The notes below the pieces were generated by a model. It saw nothing but the letters and a program-made list of their open reading frames with translations, was not told where the DNA came from and searched no databases. From Candidatus Altiarchaeota archaeon (lineage in GTDB: Archaea; Altiarchaeota; Altiarchaeia; IMC4; SCGC-AAA252-I15), in NCBI GenBank assembly GCA_043800705.1, contig JAZDMS010000022.1:1-64000 (forward strand): DNA of 64,000 bases, written 5' to 3'. Below are positions 58,464 through 64,000 of the stretch, one piece after another (position 1 is the first letter of the stretch; each line of letters starts with the position of its first letter). A program made the translations under genes and the position numbers.

Positions 58464-58650
58464 GCGGCGGATACTGCCGGCTTAAACCTACGGCTTCTGG
58501 GCTCCTTCGGAGCCCGCCCCGCCGCCCTCGCGGCGACTGCTTTTCGCAGACGTCGCGTGCCAAAAATCCGAATGATTTTTTGGGGAACACACGCCGCAGT
58601 CCGCCGAGTCATCTGTGGCCCTCAATCCGCCCCCTGAAATGGGACGGATT
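58464..58650. other. Dense palindrome cluster (structured non-coding element)
   Basis: GCGGCGG/CCGCCGC enclosing two hairpins, plus hairpins at 58529-58557, 58560-58583 and 58623-58650. Confidence 0.6.
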
Positions 58651-58666
58651 GCGAGCGTTTCAGCCG

Positions 58667-59932
58667 TCAATAGTATTGATCCTCCTTTCCAATGGCGGTT
58701 TCAGCCTTCAGGTAGTCATCGAGCATCTTGGCTATTTTGCCCTCTTCCGCGACGGTGAATTGGTCGTATCCCGTAAGCTCCTCCTCGAGTTTCTCAAGCT
58801 CTGCCTCCCCTTTTTTAACCTTTTCCTTCCATGCCTTGTCAGAGTATATTTCCTCGTTCCAGTCGTCGAAAAGGTGTTCTATTTCACCCTTCTTCTTCTG
58901 CCGGAACCATGCCATGCTAGGCTTCTTCGGGAGGAAGCGGGGGACTATAGCGTTCTGCCACCGGAGGAAGTAGTTGTCCGCTAGCCAGCGGCTGGCCGTC
59001 TTCTGGGAGGGGGTCAGGAGGTCCCAGGAGTTGAGGACCGTATAGGGAGTCACCCCCATCGCGCCTTTGCCGAGGGGCTTCAGCCAGTGGATCTTTTTCT
59101 GCTTTTCGAGGGGCGCACGCCTTATGAACTTTTCCCGAAGCCAGTACCTCAGGGCCTCCTCGTCTTCCATGCGGCGAAGCTGGGCAGCCTCGTCGGAATC
59201 CAGCTGATTCTGGGCTTTGAGTATGTTGAGGTCCCGTATGGTCCTGTGCCGGATGGGCGTCCTGTCCTCTATTCCGCGCAGGTCGTTGAGCATCCGTTCG
59301 TTGATTATTTCGCTCATCCCGCCGAATATCCACCGCCGCTGGGAGAAATTCTCGGATGTCATGTCCTGCCCCTTGGCTTCGTCCTTCAGCACGGAGTCCC
59401 AATGCCGGAGGACTGCCTCCTTCACGTAGCCTTCGACAGACGACGCCTGGGGCCGTATCTGCCTGCGCCCCGGAATCCGCATGCCAGATGCCTCATCCCC
59501 CCCGTCTGCTGAGCCGGCATCTGAGTCCTGGCCGCCGTCGTGGTCGTCTACGCCTTTCGCGGCCTCGACATCGACTCCTTTGGTGACGTCTAGCGACATG
59601 TCCCCCTTCGCCGCCTCCTCTACGTGCATAAGGTCACCTTTGGCGTGGTGGTCTAGCGCCTTGCCGCCGGCCATCTCCTCGCCTTTGGGCCTCTCCGGCT
59701 TCATGTCGACTCCTACGGGAGCCTTATCTTCGGGGGTTGGTTCGGCCCCCTTCGCCGTGGGTTTGTACTCTTCAATGAGCGGCCGCCTGAGAAGCTTGTC
59801 CTTTGTCCGGTAGTCCGCCTCGATCCTAAGCCTGTCTATGTTCTCCCGTTTCCCGATGGTCTTGGCCTGATCTTCCGGGGGTGCTGACTGATCCTGTATC
59901 TTTTTCTTCTTTCCAGCGTCGTCTGTGCTCAT
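58667..59932 (-). CDS. Hypothetical charged protein in the T4SS-like operon
   Basis: 421 aa with a disordered acidic N-half; 4-nt overlap with the upstream gene. Confidence 0.75.
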   Translation of the reverse strand: MSTDDAGKKKKIQDQSAPPEDQAKTIGKRENIDRLRIEADYRTKDKLLRRPLIEEYKPTAKGAEPTPEDKAPVGVDMKPERPKGEEMAGGKALDHHAKGDLMHVEEAAKGDMSLDVTKGVDVEAAKGVDDHDGGQDSDAGSADGGDEASGMRIPGRRQIRPQASSVEGYVKEAVLRHWDSVLKDEAKGQDMTSENFSQRRWIFGGMSEIINERMLNDLRGIEDRTPIRHRTIRDLNILKAQNQLDSDEAAQLRRMEDEEALRYWLREKFIRRAPLEKQKKIHWLKPLGKGAMGVTPYTVLNSWDLLTPSQKTASRWLADNYFLRWQNAIVPRFLPKKPSMAWFRQKKKGEIEHLFDDWNEEIYSDKAWKEKVKKGEAELEKLEEELTGYDQFTVAEEGKIAKMLDDYLKAETAIGKEDQYY

Positions 59933-62031
59933 TTCTTCCCCTTCCTCGTTTCAGCGTCGTTTGAGCGCTTGGTTTCCGCCCCCTCTTCCTGGTCGTTGCC
60001 TGCCTGGTTTTTCTCGTCTGCTTGTTTGTCGGAGGCCTGTTTCTGGTCTACGGTCTGCTGGTCTGTTTGTTCCGTGTTGGCTTGTTTTTGCTTTCTCGCC
60101 TGACTTTCGCCCCGAACCTCCTTATGGATCACTTTCTTCTCTTGTATTCCAGCCAGCTCCTTCTCCTTGTCTGCCGCGAGGCCTGCGAGCCTCCTCAGCT
60201 CTTCCTGCCTGAATTCCTCGGATCTGTCAGGCTGCTGCGCCGGTCGGGCCCCCGCATGTCTCGGCTGCCTCGCCGGAGTGGGTCTTCCGCCGCCTAAGGA
60301 TACGGTCCTCTCCGGCCGGGATATGTCTTTGCCGGTGCGGCCAGACGGTTCGCCTGCGGCCTGCACATCCCTTTCCGAGTCCGTGCTGGTCTGGGATGAT
60401 GAGACGGTATGCAACGGCCGCCTGGTCAGTGACTGTATCTGTTCGTCATAGGTCATCCCCGGGCCTTCCATCGCCTCTTCCTGGCCGCCTTTGTTATCAA
60501 GAGTCGATTTGAGCTCCGATGGGGTGAATCCGCCAACTCGGTCCGACGGCTGTCTTTTAGCGGGGTTTATGAGCGGAGAGCTGAGGCCAGTTTCGTCGGC
60601 TTTGGGTGCGGGTCTTGCCTCCTCGTCTTCGGTTCCCTGATCCTTGTGCGACGGGTTGCTGAAGCCGCTGTAGACTGACCCCCCTTTTTGGGCTCCTTTG
60701 CCCCGTTGGGTGCCGTCGATCCCTGCGGCGCCTTCCATCTCCGAGTCGCCGAGGATTCCAGGACCCCACATGTCCGATCCTCCGGAGCCGCCCGCTGCAC
60801 CGCCAGGGGAGCCCGCAGCCCCCGACGGATGCCCGCCTCTGGAGCCGAGCGATCCCGTCGACTGCATGGAATTCATGTATCTCTGCAGCGCGCTGCCGCG
60901 CGCGTATTCGGCGTCCGCCTGTATTATGGCTCCGCTTCCGCCGCCGGCCAGCAGGCCGCCCAAAGCGACCATCCACTGATTGCCTGTGCCGAGGCCGACG
61001 GCGACTACCGCGTTTCCGAGCCAGCTCATCAGCTGGGTGATTAACAGGGGTGCGAAGACGAAGCCCGCTATTCCCGCGAGGAATATGCATCCCGCCATTG
61101 AGTCGCTGATCAATTTCAACGAGACTGCGTCGATGATTCCGCTCACCGAGAACGTCATCATGCCGAGGCTGAAGTGTATGTCCTTCGCTATCGCCGTCAT
61201 GAAGACCAATATGATGGCCTGCAGCGGCGGGACGAATATCCATTTCAGGGCGCCGTTCAGCCATTTGTTGCCTTCGGGCTTGGTGACTTCGAAGGAGTAC
61301 ATGAAGATGATCAGGGGAAAGAATGTCGCGTAGAAGAGTATCATCAGCTTCCTGACCCACATTATTATCTGGCCTGAAAGGAGGACGAGCGACTCGAATG
61401 ACGCGAATATGCAGTTCATGTTAAGGCCTGTGGAGTTAATCATTGCTGACAGCAGGTTGAAGTTGCTCGATTGGTCGAATTCCTGGAACGGGTTCAGTTC
61501 CAGGGGGATACGGACTATGAAGAGGTTGATGACTGCCGGATGGGCGGCTGTCCCGTACATCCCGAAGAAGAACTTCACCATTTTTGCCGATAGGTCAAGG
61601 AGGAATTGGTATATCATCGGTGAGGCGACGACCAGCACCATGCCGAATATGAGCTTGAGGAACATGCTCCTCGCCCTGGCCCTGCCTCGCGGCGTGCCGG
61701 CCTTGATGAGGAAGAAGAGCGCGGTGAACAGGAGCGCGATGACGTAGAATGGCACCAGGAGGCTTGACCATATATGCATAAGGATGTCGATGCCGGGGGA
61801 TACGGTACAGGCACCGGGGGGGCAGTAGACGCGGGGGTTGTCCTCCAGCCCCTCCAGGACGGAACCGAAAAGGAGGAGGTTGGTTTCCTGCGCGGGCTTG
61901 ATGAGCTCGTTCTTTATCTGGGTTATGGCGCCCGCATCCTTCTTTGCCTGGGCCTGCGCAAAGAGGGGAGAAAACGCCAGGCCGGCAAGGGCCAGCGCCA
62001 ATAGTGCGATGCATATCCTACTTTTTCTCAT
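59929..62031 (-). CDS. VirB6/TrbL-like polytopic membrane protein with long disordered tail
   Basis: Signal peptide, about 7 TM segments, Gly-rich linker, charged tail; genomic context. Confidence 0.65.
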   Translation of the reverse strand: MRKSRICIALLALALAGLAFSPLFAQAQAKKDAGAITQIKNELIKPAQETNLLLFGSVLEGLEDNPRVYCPPGACTVSPGIDILMHIWSSLLVPFYVIALLFTALFFLIKAGTPRGRARARSMFLKLIFGMVLVVASPMIYQFLLDLSAKMVKFFFGMYGTAAHPAVINLFIVRIPLELNPFQEFDQSSNFNLLSAMINSTGLNMNCIFASFESLVLLSGQIIMWVRKLMILFYATFFPLIIFMYSFEVTKPEGNKWLNGALKWIFVPPLQAIILVFMTAIAKDIHFSLGMMTFSVSGIIDAVSLKLISDSMAGCIFLAGIAGFVFAPLLITQLMSWLGNAVVAVGLGTGNQWMVALGGLLAGGGSGAIIQADAEYARGSALQRYMNSMQSTGSLGSRGGHPSGAAGSPGGAAGGSGGSDMWGPGILGDSEMEGAAGIDGTQRGKGAQKGGSVYSGFSNPSHKDQGTEDEEARPAPKADETGLSSPLINPAKRQPSDRVGGFTPSELKSTLDNKGGQEEAMEGPGMTYDEQIQSLTRRPLHTVSSSQTSTDSERDVQAAGEPSGRTGKDISRPERTVSLGGGRPTPARQPRHAGARPAQQPDRSEEFRQEELRRLAGLAADKEKELAGIQEKKVIHKEVRGESQARKQKQANTEQTDQQTVDQKQASDKQADEKNQAGNDQEEGAETKRSNDAETRKGKK

Positions 62032-62530
62032 CTCTTCCCCCCGTTAGATTCGACCCCGCCCTTTTATCGGGCTCCTGGGGCGCTGGCATCGCCTGCCGGC
62101 GCCTCTTGACCTTTAGCTCATCCAAGGCCTCCGCCACCGCAGCCTCGTATATCATGCTAACCCTGCGGCTGTCGTATCCCACATTGGCCATTTTTTCCCG
62201 GACAACGTCATCTTCTTCGCGGATCGCCATCTTGCGCCTGTACTCCTCTACGGCCTTATCGTAGACTGCAAGGGGTATGCGCAGCCCGCATTTCCCGCAG
62301 CTGTAGGATTTTTCCCCGAGTGTTATGGTGTCTGCGCATTCCGGGCAGCGGCCTACGCCGAAGACCCGGTCCCAGTCAACCGGAATCATGGGGTCCCTCG
62401 CGCCCGGCCCGTACCTGTGCGCCACCATCAGCTGATATACCTCATCCTCTGAGCTGTCCTCCGCGGCCGACAGATACTCCCTCTTGAAATGCTCGAAGGC
62501 CTCCCGCTCCAATGTCTCGTCAGTTCCCAT
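62018..62530 (-). CDS. Zinc-ribbon hypothetical protein
   Basis: CPEC-x11-CGKC. Confidence 0.7.
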   Translation of the reverse strand: MGTDETLEREAFEHFKREYLSAAEDSSEDEVYQLMVAHRYGPGARDPMIPVDWDRVFGVGRCPECADTITLGEKSYSCGKCGLRIPLAVYDKAVEEYRRKMAIREEDDVVREKMANVGYDSRRVSMIYEAAVAEALDELKVKRRRQAMPAPQEPDKRAGSNLTGGRDEKK

Positions 62531-62533
62531 GTC

Positions 62534-63241
62534 CTATGCGCCTCCCATTACCTTTGCTTTTACATGTGCTTTAATCGGTTCGTAGTTGTCTAGGACTTTC
62601 CGCATAGTCGATACGTAGGGGTCCGTCACATTCATGCAACTCAATTTGACTTCATCGCTTGCCGGAACAAGGCGGTAGTTCTCCTGCAGGTCTCCCTTTC
62701 CGTCGCCATACCTGATAGTGAAGGCTGGCTGTACCATTGGCGCCATCGCCTCCGCCAGCGCCGCTTTGACGGAATCGACCTTGTCCCCCCCTGCGCCGAT
62801 GTCATTGGCGAGGTTTTTCGGGAGGAATTTATCCGCCGCTTTGCTGTCTACGCCGCCAAGCCCCTCAGTCAATGTCAGATCGATCAGGTGTATCATGTCA
62901 AGCGTCTGCCCCGCCCCAATTAGAGCCTGCCGGAACCAAGTCTTCTGCCAGTCCCGGACGCTGATATATAACCCCATGGTGTCGTCGTTTTCGAGGTGCT
63001 TTATCCTGTAGGCCACATCGTCTCCGAAGGTGTAGACCTCCCGTTGCGCATGGGTGCCGCTGACGCTGAGGGCGACCTTTGCTTCTTGCGCCTGTTTTTC
63101 CAGCTGCCTATAGACGGCTCCTCCCCCGCTGTTGTCGTACCATTCCTTCCATTTCGCGTCTTTATCCGTGGGCCTGTTTTTGAGTCGTTCCATAAGATCA
63201 GCCAATTGTGCGGGCTCCAGTTTCTTCGCCTCTTTTGCCAT
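62534..63241 (-). CDS. Hypothetical protein
   Basis: ATG 63241 preceded by a GGTGAGGT RBS; 3-nt gap to the next gene. Confidence 0.7.
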   Translation of the reverse strand: MAKEAKKLEPAQLADLMERLKNRPTDKDAKWKEWYDNSGGGAVYRQLEKQAQEAKVALSVSGTHAQREVYTFGDDVAYRIKHLENDDTMGLYISVRDWQKTWFRQALIGAGQTLDMIHLIDLTLTEGLGGVDSKAADKFLPKNLANDIGAGGDKVDSVKAALAEAMAPMVQPAFTIRYGDGKGDLQENYRLVPASDEVKLSCMNVTDPYVSTMRKVLDNYEPIKAHVKAKVMGGA

Positions 63242-63273
63242 TGTTACCTCACCTTGTTTTACTTGAACCGTTA

Positions 63274-64000
63274 TCATGTCCTATCATCGACTGTCTCGAA
63301 CGACAGTGGAAGCTCCTTTGTCGGGTCTGCTGCGTCGACGACGCGGATTTTTATCGTCTTGCCGCCGACCCTGTTGCTCCTGTTGGCCTCATAGGCCCTC
63401 CAAACCTGGTAGCCTCCGAGACCGACGTCTATATCACCGCTCGTGCCGTCCTTATAGCTCCTTTTCTCAGTTACCACCTTTTGGTTGTATTCTTCGTACT
63501 TGGCGCGGTCTACGCTGATTGTAAGGGTGTCTCCCTTGAGCTGGACGTCCTTGACGGGCTCGCATCCCCCGAAGTGGCGTATGGATTCGCTGTTTTGCCT
63601 CCTGCCGAAGTCCTTGACCATCGCTGGGTCTATGCCCCTTTTCTCTAGGCCTTCGACGGCTTCGGGGGTCATAATTTCCTCCACGATCCCCTTCTTGTAT
63701 TGTGATATTACATGGGTTATCGCATCTGCCCCAACCCGCTCCGAGAAGTCCAGTCCCGAATAGTGCTCTATTACGGCGCGGTTACCTTCGTCGGAGATTA
63801 TACCGTCCAGCAGCTTCTGGGCTTCTTCACCCTTCTTCGCGGCATCCTCCGGTTTCCCGTCTTTTTTAAGTTTCCCGCATTCCTTATCCAGACGCTCGAC
63901 CTGCTCCATCTGCGCTAGGATATTGCCTCTTGGGTTGTCGTCTGTGCCTGCGAATGCCCGGTATATCTGCTTGAATGGCTCGCTCCTCTGAAGCTCCGAG
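63274..64000 (-). CDS. Hypothetical protein, 5'-truncated by the window edge
   Basis: Frame of ORF 63274-63909 stays open to 64000. Confidence 0.7.
   Translation of the reverse strand, partial: SELQRSEPFKQIYRAFAGTDDNPRGNILAQMEQVERLDKECGKLKKDGKPEDAAKKGEEAQKLLDGIISDEGNRAVIEHYSGLDFSERVGADAITHVISQYKKGIVEEIMTPEAVEGLEKRGIDPAMVKDFGRRQNSESIRHFGGCEPVKDVQLKGDTLTISVDRAKYEEYNQKVVTEKRSYKDGTSGDIDVGLGGYQVWRAYEANRSNRVGGKTIKIRVVDAADPTKELPLSFETVDDRT

Overview
Archaeal chromosomal segment, GC-rich and densely coding. Archaeal markers include Rpo11, Csl4, L14e, Cbf5, RFC large subunit, SepRS and a BHB-intron tRNA. The gene mix suggests a DPANN archaeon, possibly Ca. Altiarchaeota (inference only). Housekeeping genes (map, rtcA, tmk, rfcL, ahcY, gpmI, ilvD, cbf5, sepS) are interleaved with accessory modules. 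(i) A TrmB-linked cluster of three paralogous phosphohistidine-swivel proteins, only one with an ATP-grasp domain and that in permuted order, plus a histidine phosphatase. This is the best candidate for an undescribed small-molecule phosphotransfer system. (ii) A PIN/UPF0175 toxin-antitoxin pair between rtcA and a degenerate copy of the rtcA 5' end. (iii) A KaiC-like signalling operon. (iv) A giant mosaic Cys-repeat surface protein operon with a membrane-tethered HTH regulator. (v) A SelO-like orphan. (vi) Palindromes built from copies of tRNA ends. (vii) A T4SS-like cluster (two VirB2-like pilins, VirB4 with a putative nuclease tail, PrgI, VirB6-like) running off the right edge. Two genes are frameshifted at homopolymers. 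No CRISPR array, integrase or transposase was seen. All family calls come from motif recognition by eye, not database searches.
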